Source: Octopus sinensis (taxonomy: Eukaryota). Taken from it: 64,000 nt of DNA. Where the stretch lies: assembly GCF_006345805.1 (NCBI RefSeq), contig NC_042998.1:201810001-201874000 (forward strand), in the 5' to 3' direction. The notes under the pieces are model-generated. The model was not told the origin of the DNA. It worked only from the letters and a program-made list of their open reading frames with translations, and did no database searches. Numbering within the stretch: the first letter of the stretch is position 1; each line of letters begins with the position of its first letter. The translations under genes were made by a program, and so were the position numbers. Shown here piece after piece: positions 52,547-64,000 of the stretch.

Positions 52547-53849
52547 GCACAACTACTACCTCAAGGACATGTCTTACATCAAACATTCTACGTTGGGGAT
52601 GCAAATCCTCTCATTCGCGTACGACATAATGCGGCAACAACATAAAAATGAAGCGTCCATCTCGTCCTTCTCTCAATGTAGAATGAGGAAGTTTGGATGT
52701 TGAGGTAATATAATTAAATGAATAAATAGATATATACATATATAAATACAGACAGACGTGAAGGAACCTGGTAATAAGAGCAAATAGGGATAAAGATGGA
52801 GGGGCGAGAATTCAGGACGAAGGATAAAAAAATATATAAAAAGTGTAAGTATAGAAAAATATTAAAATTTAGAGTATAAAGATATAAAGAGATATAAAAA
52901 GATATATAAAAAAATATAAAAGAATATAAAATATAAATGAATATAAAGGTATAAAGTTATAAAAAAATTTTAAAAATTAAAAATTTTAAAAAATTTAAAA
53001 ATAAAAAAAAATAAAAAAGATTATCAGAAGTATAAAGGGTATAAGTGTGTAGGAATGTAAAAGAATATAAGGATAAGGGATATATAGTAGTTACGGACCA
53101 ACAGGGTGGTCAGGAAAATGAAAAATTCTGGTTGTAGAAGCCTTGGGTGTCATAAATCAACCGGGGCATCTGGGGACCTAGTGTATTGTAAATTAGATTT
53201 ATTTGGTTGAGCTGCTTATCTAGTTCTTCGTAACGTATTAAGTGGTCATCGTATACATACGTACACGCATGGATACATACACCCATATATACGCGCGCAT
53301 ATACGGACTCATACGCAACCACACGCATACAATCATACATACGTACTCTCGTGTAAACATATACAGATATATATGGAAAAAGGCGCATGTAGTTGGGTAC
53401 ACGAACCGACGCGCATACGTACGTACATACATACACTCACATGCGTTCATATAGGCACACTCGCACTTACACGCATGTACAAGACGAAGTGAACCTCTAT
53501 GCGTGTGGGCAGGAATATGTATATACCTGCACTCGCGTCCACCCCAACGCTCATGGGGGAGTAGATCCCTATGCCTATACACAAAAGTATGCATATGCAC
53601 AGACACAGGTGTAACAAAAGGATCCATTCTCGCACACGGGCAAGATACGGAGTCATAGAGGGTACATTAGGTAGACATGAACGTAAGAAACTTGCGGGCA
53701 AAAGATTTTAACAGAATATGCATATATATACACGGACAATATACATATACATATATATATACACACACACACACACATACGCATATATATATACACATAT
53801 ATGTGTAGAATTTTTGATGTAATACATGTCCTTGAGGTAGTAGTTGTGC

Positions 53850-53927
53850 GCGGTTGAAGAAGGCTATAGACACAAATTATGCATTGTTATAAATCCGTCT
53901 AATAAAGGCCCGAAACATATGTACCGC
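53850..53927 (+). ncRNA. Hammerhead copy with core mutation (TTGAAGA)
   Basis: Nearly identical to the 52469 copy but C3 is T at 53854. Confidence 0.65.
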
Positions 53928-53962
53928 TGAATCCTTGGCATCAGGTTTTATTTTGATTAATT

Positions 53963-54008
<46 letters not shown>

Positions 54009-54339
54009 CGTGTGTATATATAAGTATATATCAATATGCGCATACGTAAACCGGTTATAGAACTGAATAGTCATAGAATTAAAGTTATGAATTTCCAATA
54101 TATATATATATACGTACAAAGAGAGGACGATATACTCTTATATAATTATGTATATATATGTAACCATGTATATACATATCTACATTGTTACATATATACA
54201 CATAAGTATATAAGAGAGAGATAGTTATATGTATACGTATATGCATACATGCATTCGTACGTAGGTGTATACATGCATACATATATGCACAGAATATGAC
54301 GAGAGATACGAAAAAATTGTCTGCAAATTACTCTGTTGA

Positions 54340-55100
54340 AACATTCTTAATGGCAAGAAAAATACTAACACATGAATTGAAGAGAAGATGCAGTCATTTC
54401 TGCCACATGTACGAAAGAGTGATGTAGAATTTTTCAATTTTGCAAGTCTTGCAAAATCCTTTATGTAGAAAATGCAGATGAAACTAGAAACCTCTGAAGG
54501 GACTGTTTCAAATGAATTAGAAAGAAATATCATTCTACACATCCGGGCACTATACGAGTACAGCAATTCATCCGACGTTTTCAAAACATCAATCATGCTT
54601 ATCTCGGAGGATCACGGACATTCGATACAAGTCGAATATTCTGAATAGAGGCCAATTCATGTTTCCAGCGACACAAAGAAAACCATTTGAAACCGTAAAA
54701 AGTTTCACGAATTTGGATTCATTTCGGTGTTCCCGGATGCGAAAATCTTCCTATGTTAGGAAAACTCAGATAGTTACATTCAGATACATCCGTTGTTCCC
54801 AGTGCGACACTGACGTATTTTCCAGCAATTGCAATGGTTATAGAAGTGGAGTGTAACGAAAGTCTTGGGATTAATGCTGCTGGATACATGGAGGTGATGG
54901 AAATAGTTGTTACACTCTGTAGGAATGGAGTAGGCAGTGGAAGATCACGTGTTTGAACAAGATTCATAACCTTCTCATGAAGTTCACGTGCCCCGAGACT
55001 GAGTGTCAGACAATGTTTACGATTATGTAACACCAAATACCTAGAATGCAACCTCGCCAGCTTTATATGCTTTCTACTGTTACTTGTGAATAGTAACATT
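54340..55100 (+). mobile_element. Heavily degraded maT/DD37D-type Tc1/mariner transposase
   Basis: DIRYKS.IL.RGQFM; SDTSVVP..FPAIAMVI; INAAGYMEVME; FEQDS.PSH; SDNVYDYVTPN. The minus ORFs 54225..54596 and 54719..55105 are its antisense shadow. Confidence 0.7.
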
Positions 55101-55201
55101 AACAATTCTATTTCCGGTTCCTAAACTCAATCATCAGGCTCCTATATCACTTTCTCATCGTTCAATACTATAAACTATATTTTAATTCTTAAAAACCACA
55201 A

Positions 55202-55274
<73 letters not shown>

Positions 55275-55466
55275 ATTATATTTAAAAAAAGGAGATGTCG
55301 ACACGAGTGGTGATATATAAAAAAGGAAATGAAGAAAATGCTGACAAATAATTGAAGTAATTAAGTAATTTAATTAGGTGAAAGTTCTTTTTACCGGTTG
55401 CGCATTTGTGATGCTTATCAAAATATAAAAGAGAGATTAGAGTTCCTTTCTTATAGAATTTTTCCT

Positions 55467-55505
<39 letters not shown>

Positions 55506-55559
55506 TATAGATATAGGGTAAAATATAATTAATATAATGACATCAACAAATTTCACCTA

Positions 55560-55800
55560 GTAGTATTTCGGTTTGAAAAAGGACCATATTCGATGAAAAC
55601 TTTTTAACTTTAAAGGAACTACATAAATTCTTGCCTAACCTAAACCTATCTATCAACATTCGTAAACGCTCACAAAACTGCTAAATTTCTTGACGCAACT
55701 TTAATTTCATCAATCTTCCAATACTCTCCTTACCACACACCTAACTAATATCTTAAATACCTTAACATCCACTCCAAGCACCACAAATCCACATTCGATA
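55560..55800 (+). mobile_element. Penelope-type RT C-terminal remnant
   Basis: KTAKFLDATL..QYSPYHTPN*YLKYLNIHSKH resembles the PLE motif NFLD.TL..Y.PY.KPN..Y.N..SNHP. Confidence 0.55.
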
Positions 55801-55830
55801 TATATATATATATATATATTATATTCATTA

Positions 55831-55884
55831 GGGCGGTGCTCCAGCATGGTGGCAATTAAATGACTGAAACAAGTAAAAGAATGA
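55831..55884 (+). mobile_element. SINE family B 3' tail fragment
   Basis: GGGCGGTGCTCCAGCATGG..AAATGACTGAAACAAGTAAAAGAAT. Confidence 0.75.
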
Positions 55885-56242
55885 CATAATGCATATGTTG
55901 TGTGTTGTGAGTGCGTGTGCGGTGTTGTTTGTGTGTGTAACATGTAGTGCTTTGCATTTTGATGTAGACCCTAGTCAAGCGCGAATATAGAAATGCATCT
56001 ATTTATATTTCTGGACTGAAATTAAGTCCCATTATACAACACAGTCTTATGATAATCTTCAGAAGCTAAGAATTCCATTATGCGAACACTATTAAAGTGC
56101 AAGTCAATTGTCCCTTAACTAAAATGCAACGCCTATAAATACCTGGGTTTAATTTACATTGGAAACATTTTTATAATTAAATTCGATCTTTTTAGTCGCC
56201 GAACTGTCGGAATTTTTACTGCCCCAGCAAACACCTTGCGCC

Positions 56243-56362
56243 GTTATCGACTTTGCTTTCTCGATCAATTAAATAAGTACCAGTTAAGCACTGGGGTTGA
56301 TATAATCGATCTACACCTTCCACTAAAATACGGGCCTTGTGCCTACAGCAGAAAAGATTATT
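56243..56362 (+). mobile_element. SINE family C2 3' fragment
   Basis: AAATAAGTACCAGTTAAGCACTGGGGTTGAT..CGGGCCTTGTGCCTACAGCAGAAAAG. Confidence 0.7.
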
Positions 56363-57939
56363 AGATTTGATCATTTCTTATACTCAACGTATGGCTATTA
56401 TTGATTTTTCTCTGATCCATGAATTAAATTCTTGATAGGCTCCCATATAACAAATACCGAGATATTCTTGCGAAATGCACTCACTTCATCGCTGCAATTA
56501 ATATTGTACTTAAACAAAGGAAATCATAAATCTATACATTTTAAAAAAAACTATGATGCTTATATTGTGTAACGATATATATGGGCGATTGTATTATAAT
56601 GTTCCTGTATTATTCTAATAAAATATAATGTTACCTATGGCGTAAGTCAAATAATTAGGTAGCAGTAAACCATCATTCTTCACCGAGCAATTTAAAGCAG
56701 TTAATGAAACGGTAAGCAGTGTAATTGAATGATATATAAACTCTAATATACACGAATTATGATAATTTATTATATACAGCTATCTTATTTTCCATCTACT
56801 TGCTGTTCTTTCTTAACACATTTAATTCTTCGATAGCCTTTTCCGCTTCGCTGAACTTTCTTATAATGTTCTATAAGCAGAAAAGGAAAGAGACTATGGG
56901 ATCATCTACATAGCATGAAATGACAGGTTCTAGTTAGTTAAATTGACTGAAAAAAAATTGTCTCTTTTCATTATTCCTTTCGGGAAAGCAAAATCATTTA
57001 TCTTTCATACAATATCATAATTCAACTTAATACCTTAGCGCATTTTCAATATTGTCCTTTGCGCGATTTTCTAACTCTATTTATACATATATTCACATAT
57101 GTAGACATACGAGCATAGATTCATACATACATACATACATACATTTATAGATGGATTTACGTATTTGCTTGAGACGTTGAAGCGCAAGGAAACGTGTGTG
57201 TATGAATGTATGTATGTATGTATGTGTATGTATGTATGTATAAAGGTACAGAGACAAGAGAAAACAAGCAAGATAGAAGAGTGTGTTTATCTATTTGTGT
57301 GTGTATGTGTGTGTGCATTCGTGCGTGTGGTGGGTATGCGCACGTATAAGTACCAATGAATATGTTGTGGGTGTGTCATAAATACATTTCCTAAATTTGT
57401 GCAACCTGGGCTTCCGAAGGCAGAATTCAAGAGATATATCAACTATTATAAATTTTCCGCTGTGATGACACAGAATTTTTTTCCTTTTTATATATATATA
57501 TATAAGCTATTAGAGCTGCAATATCGGTTGACTTCAAACTAAATACGTAGCTACAAATTATCAACTCTACGATGGAGTTTCGATTTGCTTCAACTCTTTT
57601 GCAATTTTTCTTGCAATTAACCTTGGATAACCGAAAGCTTACTATCTCACGTTTAATCTTCTGAATTTAGGGTTGTTCTTTCCGATAACCCTACAACATC
57701 TTTCATCCAAGAAATCTATGGTGAAAGCTATTCCAGATCGTACCATCCTATTTGTTTCCAACACTTTCTAAGTTAATAACAATTACTGGAGAATGTTCGT
57801 GCTATTTCTAAGATAGCACGATTACAGGTAAAATGTTTGCACAAAATCCAATAATTCTTTTCTACTCAAATTACAAATTTTGACAATGAATCCTTATAAT
57901 ATTCTACTTGTTCGTTCGTCCGCCATACTTTAGTTACTT

Positions 57940-58320
57940 AGAGAGTTGGAGGTGCAGTGAGTGAGAAGTGGAGGTGCAGTGAGTGAGATGTGGAGATGCA
58001 GAGAGTAAGAGGTGTAATGAGTGAGAGGTGGAGCTGCAGTTAGTGAGGGTTAGAGGTGCAATGCGTGAGAAGAGGGGGTACAGTAAGTGAAAGGTGGAAG
58101 GGCAGTGAGTGAGATGTAGAGGTACAGTGAGTGAGATGTGGAGGTGCAGAGAGTAAGCGGTGTAATGAGTGAGAGGTGGAGCTGCAGTTAGTGAGGGTTA
58201 GAGGTACAATGCGTGAGAAGGGGAGGTGCAGTAATTGAAAGATGGAGGTGCAGTGAGTGAGAGGCGGAGGTACAGTGAGTGAGAAATGCAGTGAATGAGA
58301 GATAGAGTAAAGTGAGAGTA
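57940..58320. repeat. Purine-rich minisatellite, ~21-bp unit GGAGGTGCAGTGAGTGAGA(A/T)GT
   Basis: Direct reading, with an ~88-bp block repeated at a ~148-bp period. Confidence 0.85.
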
Positions 58321-58569
58321 GGAAAAATGAAAGAGGGAGAGGGGTAACAGTGTGAGTAGAGAAGAAATAAGCGAGGAAGAAGTATGAGAAAGATGTATAA
58401 TAAGGTGAAATGCATCACGTGGTTACTTGGATGGAGTGGCGAAGAGCGATAGAAGAGAAAAAGACGGTGAGAGAAACATAGGAGAGAAAGTGTTAACAAG
58501 GTGCTGCAGGGTGGGCGGGGAAAGTAACATGGCAGGCAGTAACATTAAGACAGAGGGGGAGGGAGTGAG

Positions 58570-58578
58570 AGAGAGATG

Positions 58579-58633
<55 letters not shown>

Positions 58634-58714
58634 GGATAGAAGGATGGATAGATAGATAGATAGATAGATAGATAAATACATAGATAGATAGATGGATGGA
58701 TAGATAGATGGATG

Positions 58715-58791
<77 letters not shown>

Positions 58792-58830
58792 TTAGATACA
58801 TAGATAGATGGATGGATAGATAGATAAATA
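58570..58830. repeat. (GATA)n/(GATG) tetranucleotide array
   Basis: Direct reading. Confidence 0.95.
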
Positions 58831-59007
58831 GTGGGTTAGATAAACGTCGATTGCAAGAAAGACTATATATATATAAACAGTTGAAGAGAACTGAATGAAA
58901 TTAGCTTCGTTATTGAAAACTATAGTGGTGGTGGTGGTGATGCTGCTGCTGCTGCTGCTGCTGGCGAGGGTACTAGTGGTGGTGGCGACAGAAGTGAATT
59001 ATTATTA

Positions 59008-59090
<83 letters not shown>

Positions 59091-59093
<3 letters not shown>

Positions 59094-61189
59094 TAGTTTT
59101 ATTTTTATATCGTGCTTTCACTTCACTACCGATCGCAGCTGTGTGTGCCTCGGGTATGTGCTGTGATGTGTTGTGATGCTCTGATGGTTATTGTATGGAA
59201 CGTGTTCTGCGTAGGATGTGTGCAGTGCCCAGTAGTGCAATTTTCTGTATGTTATATGTGTTCGTAAGTCCTGGTGTTTTTGTTATGTATTTGTCTGAAT
59301 ATTTTTTATCATGCGTAATGCACCTACTATGATAGGAATTGTTTCTGTTTTCAGATTCCACATTCTGGTTACCTCTATTTCCAGGTCTTTGTATTTTGAA
59401 AGTTTCTCCATTTCTTTTAGAGACACGTTGTCATCAGCTGGTATTGATACATCAATTAGAAAGACATTTTTTTTCTTCGTGATCTCTGACAACTATATCT
59501 GGTCTGTTGGCCTTAATTTCTCTATCTGTGTGTATTGGCATATCCCAGAGCATGGTTGCTTTCTCGTTTTCTGTGACCTTTTCTGATGTGTGCCTATACC
59601 ATCTTTTTTCTGTTGTTATTCCATAATGGCATAATTTCCAGTGTATATAGGTCCCAACTCTGTCGTGTCTGTGAATATATTCCTTCTTAGCCAGGACTGG
59701 GCAGCCAGAGATAATATGATTTATTGTTTCTTGTCCATCTCCACATATTCTGCAGTTACTTGTTATATTTCTTTTCATTACATGTTTTTGGTAATTTCTG
59801 GTGTGGAGGCTTTGGTCTTGTGCTGCAATAAAAAATCCTTCTCTGTCTGCTTTGAGTCCTGAGCTTCTCAACCATTGCTGGGATTTTTCTTTGTCTATTT
59901 CTTTTGCGTTTAGTTTAATCCAGTATTTGCTATGAAGGGGCTTTTCTTGCCATCGTTTTATCATGGTTCGCTGCTGTTCTATTTTTTGTTTGGATTTCAT
60001 TTGTTTTATATCTTTTGTTGTTTCTTCATCATCTTCTTCATATTTATTAGGTGGTATGATTTCTTGTTTGTCAGCTTCCTTAAATACTGAGAACATTTTT
60101 TTTGTTTTGCTCGTGTTTTGCCGCTATTTGTATCAGTTTTCCTTCCTTCTGAAGTAGATATTTTTGCAGTCCTATGGTAGTTATTTTATAGTAGTTTTCC
60201 AGCTGTGTAAGGTCTCTACCACCATCTATACGTTGTATATATAGCCTTTCTATGTCAGATTTTGGGTGATGCATCCTAGATCCTGTCATTATTGTTCTTG
60301 TTTTCCTATCTATTTTGGTCAGTTCATTTAGTGTCCAGTTAAGCATATTGTAGCTGTAACTTATAACTTGGACGGCTAAAGTGTTGATACATATTATCTT
60401 GTTTTTAGCATTGAGCTCTGTTTTCAGTATTGATCTAACTCGTCTATAATATTCTTTTTTTTATTTTCTCTTTCATTTGTGTGTGTTGTGTCTTATCTAG
60501 TTCATGGATTCCTAAGTATTTGTAAGTTTGGCTTTGGTCTAATTCTTTTATTTCATTGGTTTTATCTAGTGTGGTGTTGCTACTCTTAACTAGTTTTCCT
60601 CTTTTCAGGGTTACTTTGGCGCATGTCTCTAATCCAATTTCATATCTATTTCTTTGGTAAATCCATGAACTGTCTTTAGTAGTGTTTCCAGCTGTTTGTC
60701 ATTTGTAGCGTATAGTTTTAGGTCATCCATATATAAAAGGTGGCTGATCTTATTGCCGTAACATTTATATCCGCATCCAGTTCTGTTTAGCATATCCGAT
60801 AGAGGTGACAGTGCCAAGCAGAAAAGGAGTGGAGAGAGCGTATCTCCCTGGAATATTCCTCTTCTAATGGAGATGGCTTTGGTTTTCACAAGTCCCTCTT
60901 TTGTTTGGAGCTGTAGCACTGTTTGCCATTTATTCATAGAGTGTCATATGTACTTTATAATTGTTGGTGCAACTTTGTTCATGACTAGTGTTTCGAGAAT
61001 CCATGTGTGGAGGATGCTATCAAAAGCCTTTTTGTAGTCGATCCAGGCCATACTAAGGCCTTTCTTCTTTCTGTGGCTGTCTTCAGTTATGTCTTCAGAT
61101 CATTGGTTGATTTTTAAAGCCAAAGGAGCCTTTGTGGCATCCTTTCTGCTCTTCTGGAAACAGGTTGTTTTCGTCCAGGTGCTTGTTCA

Positions 61190-61190
<1 letters not shown>
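59091..61190 (-). mobile_element. 5'-truncated R4/Dong-clade LINE (RT + CCHC + RLE) inserted in (TAA)n
   Basis: WIDYKKAFDS, RRGIFQGDTLSPLLF, HLLYMDDLKLY, CRICGDGQETINHIISGC, RHDRV, NRPDIVV..LIDVSIP, QKIALLGTAHILRR; several frameshifts; (TAA)n at both junctions. Confidence 0.96.
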
Positions 61191-61249
<59 letters not shown>

Positions 61250-61421
61250 GTTATTGTTATTGTAAATTTTGTTGTTGTTATTGTCATTGTTAGTGTTGTT
61301 GTTATTGTTATTGTTATTGTTGTTGTTGTTATTATTATTATTATTAGTAGTAGTAGTATTACTATTACTATTACTATTATTATTATTACTATTCCTATTA
61401 CTATTACTATTGATATTACTA

Positions 61422-61452
<31 letters not shown>

Positions 61453-61480
61453 TGTTGTTGTTGTTGTTATTATTATTGTT
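61191..61480. repeat. (TTA)n/(TTG)n/(CTA) array
   Basis: Direct reading. Confidence 0.95.
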
Positions 61481-61983
61481 GTTGAAATATTATTTTTATA
61501 TATAGTTTCTTGATAGTTTAGTTATTATTATTATTTTTATAAAGGGATTTAACGTATTACATATAATTTAATCTTGAGAATTAGTTTTGTTAGATAATAC
61601 ATTATTTAATAATTAGGCGGTATATTTATCACGTAGTATTACATTAAAGTAAATTAGGTTTTGCCTTAATTGATATTTTGGTCAACTATATTATTGAGTG
61701 AAATATTAAATCGATAGACACTACATATATATTAATAATATAGTTAGTTTATATAATGGGTGTGTGTATACTTGAACCATTTCCTGTTTTTGATTCCAGT
61801 ATTTATAGCTTGTACTAGCATTGTGTATATTAAATAACATTATGTTTTTTTAGCATAAATTGCTTAATGGGTATAAGACATTATTTGGATGTTTATTAAA
61901 TAACTATATTAATTAAAAATTTGATTTAATATATATAGTTTAAGGGGCTGTATTTAGTTTCCACTTACGGTATATTTTGTATC

Positions 61984-62019
<36 letters not shown>

Positions 62020-62100
62020 TTCTTTTAAGAATATATTTGTATTTTACAAGGTTATTTACGTATATTTATTAATTAATTATTTTATTATTGTTGTCATCTT

Positions 62101-62208
62101 TAACCTGATGAATGGCTATATTTATATTGAAGTGATTTTTTACTACTACTTCTAATATTTATTTACTACAATCATTTCTTAAATATACCCACGAAACACG
62201 TGTTGTTA
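62101..62208 (+). ncRNA. Type I hammerhead ribozyme (predicted), long helix II
   Basis: TAAC-CTGATGA-ATGGCTATATTTA..TAAATATACCCAC-GAAA-CACGTG-TT/GTTA. Confidence 0.7.
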
Positions 62209-62373
62209 TTCTACCGCATATATACGTTTTATTTATTATTTTGAACATCAATTAATCATCATTATATATTTTATCTTTTATTTAATCTTTCTATAATATG
62301 TAATTTTCTAGATGGTGTAATTTAATTTTTCATTATTGAATTGATAAAAGGTGTTTTTTTTTAGATTTTAATT

Positions 62374-62421
<48 letters not shown>

Positions 62422-62597
62422 ATTATATTATATTATATTATATCATATTATATTATATTATATTATATTTTGTGAAATTCGATTTCTAAATTGAATTTTG
62501 TGAAAATCGATTTCTAAACTGAATTTTTCCCTGTAGGTTTGGAATAATATTCCCTCATACATACATACATACATACATACATACATACATACATACT

Positions 62598-62668
<71 letters not shown>

Positions 62669-63629
62669 ACGAACACACGAACACACATGTATTTATGCCT
62701 GTATGTATGTATTCATGTAAGTATGCATATTGAAGTTTGTATATTGAATTTTCCAATTTAGCGTAAATATTTTGATAAATACATCTAGAAGTTTTGTGTT
62801 TTTCTTTAGTTTTCTGTATTTATTTATTGTAATGATGTTTTAGTGAGAACACTAGTGAGATGAATCTTCAAATAATAATTATATATGTCTAGTCTTTAGT
62901 GGTGATATTGATTAGATTTGTCATTTTTTCCGTATAAATACACTTACATAAATAACTTTCATGTTTATTTGAATCGGAAATATTTTTGCAATTAATTATT
63001 TATATCTTTGCAATTAAATTTTCATCCTTAATAAATTGGAACTGAAACATTTTTCAATTTTCACTGAGTGAAACCTCTAACATTTTAAAAAATCAAGCAA
63101 TTTACATTTCTACACATCAAATACAAACGAAATCAATATGCATAAGAGAAATCCGTTAACGCTATCATTCAGTTGCGACTTGAGAATTAAATGTCTAATA
63201 TTTAATTCCAATTTTGTTTCAGTTTAAGAAATCACCGAATCAGGATTTTTATTGTTCGAAATATATCAGAACAAAAGTCATTTCAACAAAGACGTGATAA
63301 CAGACCTAGAGAGAATTAGATAAATCTTACATTTAATCCAATAATTTTACACACGTGCCTATACACACATATATACCTAGGTGTGTATGAGCGCGTTTAT
63401 AGAATATGTAAATATTTGTATATGTGCGTGTATGTTTGTCTGTGTGTGTATGTTCGTGTGTGATTATCTATGTATCAATATCTATATGTATCTACATACA
63501 TAATACATACATACATACATACACTCATACATGCATTCATACATACATACATATATACATGCATACATACATACATACATACATACATACATACATACAT
63601 ACATACATACATACATACATACATACATA

Positions 63630-64000
63630 CAGGAGACTTTCTAGAATTTACCAGGCATTTTCTGATGAAACATTTATTAAATTCAAAGATGTACACAACC
63701 TAATCTCAGTCAAAGTAGTATCCTCTGATTCCAATGTATTTGTTTTAACATTCCAGTCATTTCGTTAAGGACACTTGTGAGTCCTTCAAAGGGAAGGCGA
63801 CCTAGACATTTGTCACAGCTTCCTTCATTTTCTCTTATCAGCGTGGGGAGCAACCAGCTGTTTGAGGAAGTGTAAGGAGGGTGATGGACTCTTTTGATTC
63901 CCATTTCTCTCATGGTCTAGCTCTCGTGATGGAATTGCACACTGGTGCATTATCTCGGTGTAGATATTCTGGTCTTTCATGACGAAACCTTTACTTGAAC
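63630..64000 (-). mobile_element. Mariner 3' part running off the window
   Basis: LHRDNAPVCNS and EMGIKRVHHPPY..WLLP (ORF 63710..63913); ends at a TA within (CATA)n. Confidence 0.75.

Larger units (their letters stand above)
51925..54103. mobile_element. Second inverted-repeat Penelope-like element with paired hammerheads
   Basis: 51925-52025 = rc of 53998-54103 and 52430-52595 = rc of 53800-53967, near identical; ~1.2-kb low-complexity spacer. Confidence 0.8.

Noticed and set aside
54719-55105. 128-aa protein-like minus ORF
   Set aside because: The opposite strand carries recognisable maT/DD37D transposase motifs.
55100-55140. Minus-strand CTGATGA..GAAA
   Set aside because: No pairable helix II, I or III.

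Overview
AT-rich eukaryotic non-coding DNA, dense in microsatellites and transposon debris. The SINE families and repeat make-up suggest a coleoid cephalopod, most likely an octopus (inference, no database search). I found no convincing host protein-coding gene. Nearly all long ORFs in the track are microsatellite read-throughs or sense/antisense pieces of decayed transposons. Supported content: about nine degraded Tc1/mariner copies, several tRNA-derived SINE families, four ~394-bp non-autonomous Helitrons, a Helentron/HINE-like element, R4/Dong-type LINE pieces next to (TAA)n, an L1/Tx1 RT remnant, an RNase H-bearing I-group LINE 3' end and a Penelope RT remnant. The most interesting signal is a set of seven type I hammerhead-ribozyme motifs from five unrelated sequence families, all with a palindromic stem III. 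Two families form head-to-head inverted elements with a ribozyme on each strand, and one family has a 142-bp foldback that pivots exactly on its stem III palindrome. Folds were derived by hand and activity is untested.
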